From: Myxococcales bacterium
GTDB lineage: Bacteria; Myxococcota_A; Polyangia; Fen-1088
Assembly (NCBI GenBank): GCA_043754455.1
Contig: JAYUUT010000162.1
Coordinates: 1-52,528, forward strand
DNA: 52,528 nucleotides
Direction of reading: 5' to 3'
Of the stretch, positions 21,130 through 29,705 are shown piece by piece. A program made the translations under genes and the position numbers. How positions within the stretch are numbered: position 1 is the first letter of the stretch; every line of letters begins with the position of its first letter. Below the pieces are notes generated by a model. The model was not told the origin of the DNA. It searched no databases and saw only the letters and a list, made by a program, of their open reading frames with translations.

Positions 21130-21782
21130 CAGGTATTCCTCGTAAAGGCAGCCGATATCATCATTCCCGCCGCCGTTGGATCTATAGCTCGTTTTACGTC
21201 CGCAATCACCGCGGCAGCATGGGCACCCGTTCGTGCCACGTTCCCCACAGTTTCCCGGGTGATGCCGCCAATCGCGACCACCGGTACCGGGGACCACGCC
21301 GCCACCCGACGCAGCTCCTCCAGTCCCACAACCTGGTCGGGGTTTTCCTTGGTGCTGGTGCCGAACACCGGCCCGCAGCCGATATAGTCGGCTCCGGCCG
21401 CCACAGCGGCCTCGGCCTGGGCCATGGTGTGCGTGGAAACGCCGACCCGCATCGTTCGCCCTACGGCCGCCAGTACCCGTTTCACATCGTGTAATGGCAG
21501 GTCCTCCTGGCCCACGTGGACGACGTCCGCCTCCACAGCCAGAGCCACATCCAGCCGGTCATTCATGCAAAAGGGGACACCCGCCACCCGGCAGAGCGGC
21601 AGGATCCGTCGTGCGGCCGCAGCCATCCGCGCGGCACCCCAGGGCTTCGCACGAAGCTGCAAACAGCAAGGCGAAGCCGCCAACAATTCCGCGCCCCGCC
21701 GCTCTAGAAGGTCGGCTTCCGTGTCATCGTTTCCCTTCAGATCCAGGATCGCGTAGAACCCGCTTAGAATCATTGGCGCCAT
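21129..21782 (-). CDS. thiE: Thiamine-phosphate synthase
   Basis: FYAILD N-terminus, VHVGQEDLP, GADYIGCGPVFGTSTKE, VVAIGGI: typical ThiE pattern. Confidence 0.85.
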   Translation of the reverse strand: MAPMILSGFYAILDLKGNDDTEADLLERRGAELLAASPCCLQLRAKPWGAARMAAAARRILPLCRVAGVPFCMNDRLDVALAVEADVVHVGQEDLPLHDVKRVLAAVGRTMRVGVSTHTMAQAEAAVAAGADYIGCGPVFGTSTKENPDQVVGLEELRRVAAWSPVPVVAIGGITRETVGNVARTGAHAAAVIADVKRAIDPTAAGMMISAAFTRNT

Positions 21783-21816
21783 GCAGGGCTAGACTATAAC
21801 CGACCCCGGAACATCT

Positions 21817-23838
21817 ATGCCCATCCCCTTTACCCTCCGAACGGATCTCGCGCCCTGCGGTGATCAGCCGCGTGCCATCAAGGAACTTATTTCGGGCATC
21901 GAACGCGGCGATAAGGCCCAGGTTCTGCTCGGGATCACGGGGAGCGGGAAAACTTTCACCGTGGCCCAGGTTATCGCCCGGATCAACCGTCCGACGTTGG
22001 TGATGGCGCACAACAAAACCCTTGCGCACCAGCTGTACCTGGAATTCAAACAGCTTTTCCCTGACAACGCGGTCCACTACTTCGTCAGCTACTACGACTA
22101 CTACCAGCCCGAGGCCTACGTCCCCACCACCGATACGTTCATCGAAAAAGACTCGCTCATCAACGACGAAATCGATCGGATGCGCCACGCGGCCACCTAT
22201 GCTTTGCTCACCAGGCCCGACGCGCTTATTGTCGCGTCGGTTTCGTGCATTTATGGCATCGGGGCGTCTGAGGCGTATTTGGGCATGAAGATCGACCTGG
22301 CCCGGGGCCAGAAGGTGCGCCGCGATGCCGTTCTGAAACGCCTTGTCGAAATTCAATACGATCGAAACGACGTCGATTTTTCACGCGGCACCTTTCGTGT
22401 TCGGGGTGATGTCGTCGAAGTCTTCCCCGTTTACGAAAATGAGAAAGCCCTCCGCATAGAATTTTGGGGCGACGAAATCGAGAGCTTGTCCGAGGTCGAT
22501 CCCCTGCGCGGAAAGATCCTCCGGAAACTCGACGAAGTTAGTATTTTTCCGGGTTCACACTATGTGACCCCCGGGGCCGAACTGGTTCGCGCAATGACCA
22601 GCATTAAGGACGAATTGCGAGAACGCCTCACAGTCCTCAAGGATGAAAACCGACTGGTCGAGGCCCAGCGGCTTGAACAACGCACCATGTACGACCTTGA
22701 AATGCTTGAACAAATGGGTCGCTGCAAGGGTATCGAGAACTACTCACGTCACCTCTCAGGTCGAGCCCCCGGCGAGCCCCCGCCGACCCTCATCGACTAT
22801 TTTCCCAAGGACTTCCTCCTGTTCGTTGATGAGTCCCATCAGACAATTCCCCAAATCGGCTCTATGTCAAAGGGGGATCGCGCCCGCAAAGAAAACCTAG
22901 TGAATTTTGGCTTTCGCATGCCGTCTGCGCTCGACAACCGCCCCCTGCGCTTCGAAGAATGGCAGACACGCGCCACCCAGGCCATCTACGTATCCGCGAC
23001 GCCCGGCGATTGGGAACTGGAGCAGGCCCAGGGCGTCGTCGTGGAACAGATCATTCGTCCCACAGGGTTGCTGGATCCGGTCATTGAAATCCGACCGGTT
23101 TCTTCCCAAGTCGATGACCTTTTGGGGGAAATCCGTGACCGGGTCAAGGCCGGCGAACGGGTCCTTGTGACCACGTTGACCAAACGAATGGCCGAAGATC
23201 TAACCGAGTACTACACCGAACTGGGCGTCAAGGTTCGTTACCTGCATTCGGACATCGAAACCCTGGAGCGAATCCAAATCCTTCGCGATCTTCGTCTCGG
23301 CGCATTCGACGTTCTGGTCGGTATCAACCTTTTGCGCGAAGGCCTTGATCTGCCAGAAGTATCCTTGGTTGGCATCCTCGACGCGGACAAAGAAGGATTT
23401 CTGCGCGCGACCCGGTCGCTGATTCAAACCATTGGTCGCGCCGCCCGCAACGTCAATGGCCGGGTGATCATGTACGCCGACCGGATCACGAAATCCATGC
23501 ACGCCGCCATCGACGTAACCAACAGCCGCCGCGCGGTGCAGGAGGCCCACAACCAGAAAAACGGCATCACACCCACCACGATCAAGAAGGCCATTTCCGA
23601 CCTTGAGGGGACCGCCCTGGACGATTTCGTGGATCTTTCCTCGGTGAAGTTGCCTTCGGCCAAGGGCGCCCGTGGCAAGGCCGCACAAGCCGCCGTTGAT
23701 CTGGCCCAGATCCCCAGGCTCATTTCCAATCTCAAGAAGGAAATGTTCGATCTGGCCGAAGAGCTTGAATTCGAAAAAGCGGCGGCCATCCGCGACCGCA
23801 TTCAGGAGCTTGAGGCATATGCCCTTGCGGCCATTTAG
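21817..23838 (+). CDS. uvrB: Excinuclease ABC subunit B
   Basis: [10 protein letters not shown] Walker A, helicase motifs ([15 protein letters not shown]) and C-terminal UVR domain ([16 protein letters not shown]). Confidence 0.95.
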   Translation: MPIPFTLRTDLAPCGDQPRAIKELISGIERGDKAQVLLGITGSGKTFTVAQVIARINRPTLVMAHNKTLAHQLYLEFKQLFPDNAVHYFVSYYDYYQPEAYVPTTDTFIEKDSLINDEIDRMRHAATYALLTRPDALIVASVSCIYGIGASEAYLGMKIDLARGQKVRRDAVLKRLVEIQYDRNDVDFSRGTFRVRGDVVEVFPVYENEKALRIEFWGDEIESLSEVDPLRGKILRKLDEVSIFPGSHYVTPGAELVRAMTSIKDELRERLTVLKDENRLVEAQRLEQRTMYDLEMLEQMGRCKGIENYSRHLSGRAPGEPPPTLIDYFPKDFLLFVDESHQTIPQIGSMSKGDRARKENLVNFGFRMPSALDNRPLRFEEWQTRATQAIYVSATPGDWELEQAQGVVVEQIIRPTGLLDPVIEIRPVSSQVDDLLGEIRDRVKAGERVLVTTLTKRMAEDLTEYYTELGVKVRYLHSDIETLERIQILRDLRLGAFDVLVGINLLREGLDLPEVSLVGILDADKEGFLRATRSLIQTIGRAARNVNGRVIMYADRITKSMHAAIDVTNSRRAVQEAHNQKNGITPTTIKKAISDLEGTALDDFVDLSSVKLPSAKGARGKAAQAAVDLAQIPRLISNLKKEMFDLAEELEFEKAAAIRDRIQELEAYALAAI

Positions 23839-23866
23839 GGGCATCCCCTATTTTGCCGTGGCCACC

Positions 23867-24481
23867 TCACACCCGCCGGTAGGCAAGCCGCCAGATCTTC
23901 ACGCCTTTTCCCTCACATTCGGTCTCCCGCCGTGATCGCGCCCCAAAATTCGCTTTCTTCAGAAAGCTCCACGGGCTGCCCTGGTTTTCAAACCGGCGCG
24001 GCACTTCCCATTCCAATTCCAGCATGGCTTCCAACGCCAGCTCGAAAATGTCCGTGTTGACATAAACTTCGCCGTCCGCCGCCAACAGCCAGTGCATGTC
24101 CTCCACCAATTGTGGCCCCATCACCCGCCGCTTGTGCTGCTTGGTTTTGAAACAAGGGTCGGGAAAATTCAGAAAGAACCGCCGGACCCGCCCTTGCCCA
24201 AACAACCCACGCAAATCCACATTGATGTTTGCGTACACGCTTCGGACGTTTTGCAGATCTTTTTCCCGACAATATCCATTGGCCTTGTCCACCAGTTCTC
24301 GTCGGATTTCGACCCCGACGTAAAACCCGGCAGGCTCGTGCCGCGCGCGGTCCATCAGGTAGTAGGCCTCAGCCGACCCCAGCTCCACTTCCAGCGACAC
24401 CCCGTCCGGCACCAACACCGGGTCCGGTTTGATAACGAAGAAGTTCGATTTCAGCGGGTTAACGTGCTGGCGAACGCGCAT
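23867..24481 (-). CDS. trmB: tRNA (guanine-N7)-methyltransferase
   Basis: MRVRQHVNPL..., LEVELGSAEAYYL, FLNFPDPCFKTKQHKRRV: TrmB signature. Confidence 0.85.
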   Translation of the reverse strand: MRVRQHVNPLKSNFFVIKPDPVLVPDGVSLEVELGSAEAYYLMDRARHEPAGFYVGVEIRRELVDKANGYCREKDLQNVRSVYANINVDLRGLFGQGRVRRFFLNFPDPCFKTKQHKRRVMGPQLVEDMHWLLAADGEVYVNTDIFELALEAMLELEWEVPRRFENQGSPWSFLKKANFGARSRRETECEGKGVKIWRLAYRRV

Positions 24482-24494
24482 TCAACAAAAAAAT

Positions 24495-24761
24495 CTACTT
24501 GCCCTCGTCACTGATAAGACTCAGCTCCCACGCGCCCGACGGCAGATCCGCTTCTTCCCCGTCCCACAACTCAGCCTGCCCCCGACGTAGCGTCGGCACA
24601 AAAGGTTGTGACGCCAAGCGGTCCAGCGCCGCAATGCTCGGCGCCTCCACCTCTAGGCGGGCTCGAAACGTGGCCGCCCGATCAGCCACCTGTTCCAACC
24701 GCTCACGCGCGTCGCGGATCCGTTCGAACAGCCCCACCATGGACTCGGTCACCATTTTCAC
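24495..24761 (-). CDS. Hypothetical 88-aa protein in the yidC-trmB gap
   Basis: It sits 15 nt downstream of the yidC stop and 13 nt upstream of the trmB start, on the same strand. The N-half is helical and charged (LFERIRDARERLEQVADRAATFRARLEVE). No family recognised. Confidence 0.4.
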   Translation of the reverse strand: MKMVTESMVGLFERIRDARERLEQVADRAATFRARLEVEAPSIAALDRLASQPFVPTLRRGQAELWDGEEADLPSGAWELSLISDEGK

Positions 24762-24776
24762 GACCCTAGCACGACG

Positions 24777-26420
24777 TTAGGTCGCGATCGCCGCCGCTGC
24801 CGCCAACGTGTTTTTTCGATCAAGCCGGTTGATCAAAACTTGCTGCAAAATCGCCAACAGGGAATTGGTCAATGTGTATATGGCAAGGCCTGCCGGCAGG
24901 AACAGCGAGAATCCCGTGAACATGATTGGCATCATCACAGCCATCATCTTCTGCTGCTGTGGATCGGTGCCCGCTGGACTCATACGCATCTGCAAAAACA
25001 TGATGCAGCCCATTAGCAAGGGCGCAACGAAGTACTGGTCGCGTGCCGAAAGATCCTGGATGTAGCCGAAGAAAGGCGTCCGGTGCAGCTCAACCGCGTA
25101 ATTCAACGCAGAAAATAGCGCGAACCATATCGGCATCGTGATAAGGGTCGGCAGGCAGCCCCCGACGGGCGATACGCCTTCGGCCTTGTACAAACTCATC
25201 GTCTCCACGCCCATTCGCTGACGATCGCTGCCGTATTTCTCCTTCAGCAGGGCCAACTTGGGCTGCAACCGCTGCATCTTCTTGCCTGACATCATCGCGC
25301 GCTGGGTCGGGTAGAAGGTCACAAGTTTTACGAAAAACGTCAGCAAGATGATGGCGAAGCCCCAATTCCCGACGACGCTTTGAAAAAATTTCAGCAACGC
25401 GATAAGCGGCCTCGCTAACCACGCCAGCGTCAGATCAACAACCTTATCCAATTGAACGTCATCACCCCCGGGCCTCACCTTGTCTAGCTCCTCCGTGACC
25501 TTCGGCCCCGCGAACACTGTCATCGCGTAATTGGCTTTCGCTTTTGCGCCCAGCTTTCTGACATCATAGGTCAAGGTGGCCTCGCCGCGCATGGCGTCCA
25601 GTCCACGCCGCGCGCAGCGCAAAGGCTGAGGCTCTCTGTGGGGCACCAGCGCCACCGCGTAGTACTTCGTGTCCGCCGCCATCCATTTCACCGCGCCAAA
25701 TTTCTCAGAAGGTTCTTTCCACAACGACTCGAACGCGTCGCGCTGAACTTTCCCATCTACGAAACAAACCAAAGTCGCCAAATCGGCAGAAGCTGCCGCA
25801 AAAAATCCGCCGCCCTTCCTTGAGGGATCTTGCTCTCCATACAAATGCACCGCCAGGGCGTGGCTCTGCTCTTTGTCGGTTCGGTTCTCGACCTGCACGT
25901 CCATCGCCAACCTAAATCCATCCCCATCGACACGGACTCGTTTTTCGACCGCGACGACCTCGGATTCCGTTCGAAACACCACCTCGGTTGATGAACGGCT
26001 CTTAACGGACCATGTCAGGCCATCGGGCAGCTTAAAATCGCCGCTTGGAAACGACAGCTGCAGCGGCGCCCCCTCCGGCTTGGCCCCTACCACATCCAGG
26101 CCACTTGCTTTGTCGCCCTTGGTTTTTAGAAACTTGTCGTCCTTGAGCACAACCTTGCGAAGATCCGCGCCAACATTGGACAGCACGTATTTGGCCCGGG
26201 GCGTCTCGAGAATGACCAACTCTTCGGGGATCAAAGGCCCGGACGGCAGTGCGGCGGCTGGCGACACGGAAGCAGAGGTCCCCCCCGCTGGTGCCAGCAC
26301 TGCGGGCACGTTCGCGGGCGCCTTCACCTGAACAGCAGGCACAGGTGGTGGAAAGATTTTCCACCACAGGAACAAGATTCCCATGCTGATCGCAACCACA
26401 ACCAAAGTACGCTTTTCCAT
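24777..26420 (-). CDS. yidC: Membrane protein insertase YidC
   Basis: N-terminal TM helix, large periplasmic domain and the conserved insertase core (QPKLALLKEKYGSDRQRM, GGCLPTLITMPIWFALFSAL). It follows yidD-rnpA-rpmH. Confidence 0.9.
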   Translation of the reverse strand: MEKRTLVVVAISMGILFLWWKIFPPPVPAVQVKAPANVPAVLAPAGGTSASVSPAAALPSGPLIPEELVILETPRAKYVLSNVGADLRKVVLKDDKFLKTKGDKASGLDVVGAKPEGAPLQLSFPSGDFKLPDGLTWSVKSRSSTEVVFRTESEVVAVEKRVRVDGDGFRLAMDVQVENRTDKEQSHALAVHLYGEQDPSRKGGGFFAAASADLATLVCFVDGKVQRDAFESLWKEPSEKFGAVKWMAADTKYYAVALVPHREPQPLRCARRGLDAMRGEATLTYDVRKLGAKAKANYAMTVFAGPKVTEELDKVRPGGDDVQLDKVVDLTLAWLARPLIALLKFFQSVVGNWGFAIILLTFFVKLVTFYPTQRAMMSGKKMQRLQPKLALLKEKYGSDRQRMGVETMSLYKAEGVSPVGGCLPTLITMPIWFALFSALNYAVELHRTPFFGYIQDLSARDQYFVAPLLMGCIMFLQMRMSPAGTDPQQQKMMAVMMPIMFTGFSLFLPAGLAIYTLTNSLLAILQQVLINRLDRKNTLAAAAAIAT

Positions 26421-26426
26421 GGGTCT

Positions 26427-26660
26427 TCAGACTTTCTCAAAGGTCGGGACCGGATCGGCCCCACCGCGACAAAAGGGATGACATCGAAACACACGCCGCG
26501 TCGCCAACCAACCACCCCGCAACAGCCCCCACTGTTGTATAGCCTCCTCCGCATAGCGGGAACATGTCGGCTCAAACCGGCAGGCAGGCCCTAAAAGCGG
26601 AGAAAGAGCTGCTCGATACAACCGCAGGGCACGGCTGACGATCGTTTGTACGGATGTCAC
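26427..26660 (-). CDS. yidD: Membrane protein insertion efficiency factor YidD
   Basis: 77 aa, [28 protein letters not shown]...CHPF motif. The GTG start overlaps the rnpA stop (GTGA). Confidence 0.85.
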   Translation of the reverse strand: MTSVQTIVSRALRLYRAALSPLLGPACRFEPTCSRYAEEAIQQWGLLRGGWLATRRVFRCHPFCRGGADPVPTFEKV

Positions 26661-27031
26661 CGTCGCGTCCCTGGTTGTAACCGTTTCAAAAGCGCTGACA
26701 ATTCGTCGAACGTTGCCTGATATCCCACGGTGTCGGCCCCTGGTCTAGCCAAGACAACCAGATCATGCCCAGCCGGGGCCGTCGGTAACAAACGACGGCA
26801 CACCTCTCGAACCCAACGCTTAACCCGATTGCGCGCAACAGCGTTACCGATCTTCTTGCTCACGGTAACCCCAACCCTTACCGTCGCCGCCCCATGCTGG
26901 CCCGGCAAAGCCAGAAGAAGATATTTCGACCCGCCCGCCCGGCGCCCCTTCGATTGAACCTCCAGGAAATCCGGCCGCCGGCGAAGCCTGGCGCGCCGGG
27001 GAAACCTGCCACCGGAGGCCGTTCCGGTCAC
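26657..27031 (-). CDS. rnpA: RNase P protein component
   Basis: [17 protein letters not shown] and [24 protein letters not shown] (RNR-box). The GTG start shares one nt with the rpmH stop. Confidence 0.85.
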   Translation of the reverse strand: MTGTASGGRFPRRARLRRRPDFLEVQSKGRRAGGSKYLLLALPGQHGAATVRVGVTVSKKIGNAVARNRVKRWVREVCRRLLPTAPAGHDLVVLARPGADTVGYQATFDELSALLKRLQPGTRR

Positions 27032-27180
27032 TACTTCTTGGCTACCTTGACGGTCAGAAGCTTACGCCCACGGCGACGGCGGCGACGAATCACCTCCCGG
27101 CCTGACTTGGTGCTCATGCGTTTGCGGAACCCATGGGTGCTCTTGCGGCTTTTTCGGCTTGGTTGATAGGTACGCTTCAC
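27031..27180 (-). CDS. rpmH: 50S ribosomal protein L34 (not in the ORF track, 49 aa)
   Basis: The reverse complement of 27031-27180 translates as (V)[51 protein letters not shown] start at 27180 is preceded by GGGAGGA. Confidence 0.9.
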   Translation of the reverse strand: MKRTYQPSRKSRKSTHGFRKRMSTKSGREVIRRRRRRGRKLLTVKVAKK

Positions 27181-27219
27181 GACAGATTCCTCCCAGATCC
27201 CGCACGCGCGGGGACGGGT

Positions 27220-27248
27220 GGACTACCACCCTGTCCAGGGCCTGTCAA
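27220..27248 (-). promoter_or_regulatory. Candidate rpmH promoter
   Basis: On the minus strand: perfect TTGACA (27248-27243), 17-nt spacer, TAGTCC (27225-27220), about 30 nt upstream of the rpmH RBS. The -10 is weak by the E. coli consensus. Confidence 0.35.
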
Positions 27249-27263
27249 ACCCTCCGCCTCACT

Positions 27264-27272
27264 TTATCCACA
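27264..27272 (+). promoter_or_regulatory. Perfect DnaA box TTATCCACA
   Basis: Exact 9-mer read at 27264-27272, about 15 nt upstream of the candidate rpmH -35. Confidence 0.6.
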
Positions 27273-27411
27273 GGCCCATCTGCGAAATGTAGCCTTTAGA
27301 CCTTCGTCGCCTGCAAACAACCGCCAAACCGCCGTTTCGTTCAAGATTCTCAGCCCTTGGCCAGGGCGGCAAATCCCGTCTGACGTTTACGCCGAATTTT
27401 GAGCCTGTTTT

Positions 27412-27420
27412 TGCGGATAA
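27412..27420 (-). promoter_or_regulatory. DnaA-box-like site (TTATCCGCA, 1 mismatch)
   Basis: The plus strand reads TGCGGATAA at 27412-27420. Confidence 0.35.
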
Positions 27421-27934
27421 ACGAGCCATCGGGTTGGAAGATCAGCGCCTGATCCGCGTATTTCGCCGAGACGTGGAATCGCTATCCTCTGTCCCCGTCG
27501 GAGACCGTGAAAATGCACACCCCCCGATCGCGCCAAGCCGCATGTTATGGGCATCTGGCGCCCTTGTGCCGAACGCACGCGGAGGATCATGGTGGCGCTG
27601 CGATCCTCACCTTGGCGAAGGTCCCAAAACACCGCTATTTCGCGCGATTCCACGCACCTTCGAGGTCGCTGGTCTTTTGGGCCCCAAAACCACCCCTTTG
27701 TTCGGCGGGGAAAAACCTGGGTGATCTTCGAGATCTTGGCCCTGTCAATTTTTCCCCCTTTCGGTCCTCGAATCCCTCTGTTACACGAGAGTCCGAAGTT
27801 TTCGGATTCGTCGTCCTCGGGTTGCCCGTTCATCAAAGGGGAACTCTGGCTCGTCGGATCCCCCGTGACTAAATCAGACGCTCTAGGGATAGGTAGCCGG
27901 TAGCTGTTGGTAGATCGTGGATTGTGGTCAATAA

Positions 27935-27959
27935 CCCAAGGGGATTCTTGGGGTTTTTT
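27935..27959 (+). terminator. Terminator-like hairpin plus T6, 24 nt upstream of the dnaA ATG
   Basis: CCCAAG (27935-40), loop GGGATT, CTTGGG (27947-52), G, TTTTTT (27954-59). No annotated plus-strand gene ends here. Confidence 0.4.
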
Positions 27960-27971
27960 GCTGTTCGTACC

Positions 27972-27980
27972 TGTGGATAA
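27972..27980 (-). promoter_or_regulatory. Perfect DnaA box (TGTGGATAA on plus strand) abutting the dnaA start
   Basis: The exact reverse-complement 9-mer ends 3 nt before ATG 27984, so it may be an autoregulatory site. Confidence 0.6.
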
Positions 27981-27983
27981 CTA

Positions 27984-29357
27984 ATGCAAGCACTCTGGGA
28001 AGAAGCTGTTCGTGATATCGAACCTAAGGTCAAACCGGCCCACCGGGACCAATGGCTTCGTCCAATCAAATGTTTGGCGATAGACGGACGCCGGATTCGG
28101 CTCAGTGCCCCCAACCGCTACCAAAAGGAATGGTTTGAGGACAATTATCTGCCGTCCATCCTTCAGTCACTGGAATCGCGCGCCAAACACGATTTTGCGG
28201 TCGATTTCGAGCTCTCAGACGACAGCCCCGCCCCTACCGCCGCGTTGTCCGTATCCCCCGTCACCCAAGGTCCAGGCCTTCGCAACGACGGCCCGCCACC
28301 ACCGCCCACCCCAAAAGGTCTGGATTCCCGTTACACCTTCGAAAAGTTTGTCGTTGGACCCACGAACCAATTTGCGCACGCGGCCGCCCGTATGGTTGCC
28401 GAAGCTCCGGCTTCGAAGTTCAACCCACTTTTCATCTATGGTGGCGTCGGTCTAGGAAAGACCCATCTTTTGCACGCCATTGGCCATGAAATACATCGCG
28501 AACATCCCGATTGGCGCATCGCCTGCATTACCTGCGAACGGTTTGTGACCGAATTCATAGGCTCCATTCGCAGCGTTAAGAAGCACGCAGTCATCAACCC
28601 AATGGACGAGTTCCGACAGCGATACCGCGAAGAGCCAGACGTATTGCTTATCGACGACGTTCAGTTTCTGTCCAACAAGGACAGCAGCCAGGATGAGTTT
28701 TTTCACACATTTAATGCGCTTCACTTGGCGCACAAGCAGATTGTCCTGACCTGCGACAAGCTTCCCGGTGAACTGTCTGGCCTTGAAGATCGGCTCCGAA
28801 GCCGGTTTACCTGGGGCCTCATTGCCGAGGTGGCGGTTCCAGATCTGGAAACCCGCACCGCCATCGTCAAACGCAAAGCCGAACTAGACAACGTCGCTTT
28901 GCCAGACGACGTAGCACATCACATCGCAGCCCTGGTCCGGTCGAACGTGAGGGAGCTCGAAGGTGCCCTCTTACGCATTACCGCCCGCTCTGCCATCGAA
29001 CAGCGACCTATCACCCGTCAGCTCGCCGATGAGGCCCTCAAAAGCTACAGCACCGCCCGAGCCCCCCTGCTGTCCATTGAGGCCATTCAGCGCGAAGTGG
29101 CTTCGTACTTTGATGTCAAACTCATCGATCTCAAGGGCCCCAAGCGCCACCGGGCCATTGCTCATCCCCGGGCCATCGCAATGTTCCTCGCCCGCAAACT
29201 CACCAGCATGAGTTACCCCGAGATCGGAAGCCGTTTCGGTGGCAAAGATCACTCAACGGTCATCAGCGCCGTTCGGAAAATAGAACGGTCTTCGACCGAA
29301 GATTCCGCCCTGCACAGCCAACTTCAGACCCTCGAAGGGCACCTCCGGGTCGGATAA
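27984..29357 (+). CDS. dnaA: Chromosomal replication initiator DnaA
   Basis: MQALWEEAVRDIEPKV... domain I, AAA+ Walker A GGVGLGKTHLL, box VII, and C-terminal DNA-binding domain (RFGGKDHSTVISAVRKIE). Confidence 0.97.
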   Translation: MQALWEEAVRDIEPKVKPAHRDQWLRPIKCLAIDGRRIRLSAPNRYQKEWFEDNYLPSILQSLESRAKHDFAVDFELSDDSPAPTAALSVSPVTQGPGLRNDGPPPPPTPKGLDSRYTFEKFVVGPTNQFAHAAARMVAEAPASKFNPLFIYGGVGLGKTHLLHAIGHEIHREHPDWRIACITCERFVTEFIGSIRSVKKHAVINPMDEFRQRYREEPDVLLIDDVQFLSNKDSSQDEFFHTFNALHLAHKQIVLTCDKLPGELSGLEDRLRSRFTWGLIAEVAVPDLETRTAIVKRKAELDNVALPDDVAHHIAALVRSNVRELEGALLRITARSAIEQRPITRQLADEALKSYSTARAPLLSIEAIQREVASYFDVKLIDLKGPKRHRAIAHPRAIAMFLARKLTSMSYPEIGSRFGGKDHSTVISAVRKIERSSTEDSALHSQLQTLEGHLRVG

Positions 29358-29382
29358 AAGGGTTTGCCGTCGAAAACTAGGG

Positions 29383-29416
29383 CCCTGCTTCCTCCCGGGA
29401 AGTGGGGTTTTTTTTT
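29383..29416 (+). terminator. Intrinsic terminator of dnaA
   Basis: CCCTGCTTCC / GGAAGTGGGG 10-bp stem (two G-U pairs), 5-nt loop TCCCG, then T9 (29408-29416). It starts 26 nt after the stop. Confidence 0.7.
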
Positions 29417-29705
29417 ATGGTCCTTTCGTTCCCCCGTTGATCCCCTCCGCTGTGGATACGGTGTGGGTTGAAAAGTTGACAAGCCTGTGGATCCTCCAAC
29501 GACACGCCGTATAAGTTTTACCCCCTTCCGAGTCCAGTCACCTTCCCACAGGCTAATCTATTGAATCTAATCATGATTCACCCGTTTTCCCCATTTCCAC
29601 AGGCCCTTCTGAAACAACCTTCTTAATATCAATCTCTCTTTATAGATCCGAAGGCCTGTGCGAATGTGGGCTTCACTTCGATTACAGTCTCCCGGGGGGA
29701 TAGCG
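29417..29705. promoter_or_regulatory. Candidate oriC core (DnaA-box-like sites plus AT-rich unwinding-type stretch) in the dnaA-dnaN spacer
   Basis: TGTGGATAC 29451-59 (1 mismatch), TGTGGATCC 29487-95 (2), CTTCCCACA 29542-50 (3), ATTTCCACA 29593-601 (1 mismatch versus the relaxed TTWTNCACA). The locally AT-rich stretch is CTAATCTATTGAATCTAATCATGATTCA and CTTCTTAATATCAATCTCTCTTTATAGATC (29553-29648), in an otherwise GC-rich window. Confidence 0.45.

Noticed and set aside
21783-21816. Looked for a LexA/SOS box and a TPP riboswitch in the thiE-uvrB divergent spacer
   Set aside because: The spacer is only 34 bp. It has no palindrome resembling any LexA consensus I know and no room for a riboswitch. 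Only a possible -10 (TATAAC) for uvrB is present.
27387-27836. 149-aa minus ORF, plus three plus-strand ORFs of 96-121 aa, in the rpmH-dnaA region
   Set aside because: The translations are Arg/Gly/Pro/Trp-rich with no motifs. The region behaves as non-coding origin or promoter DNA.
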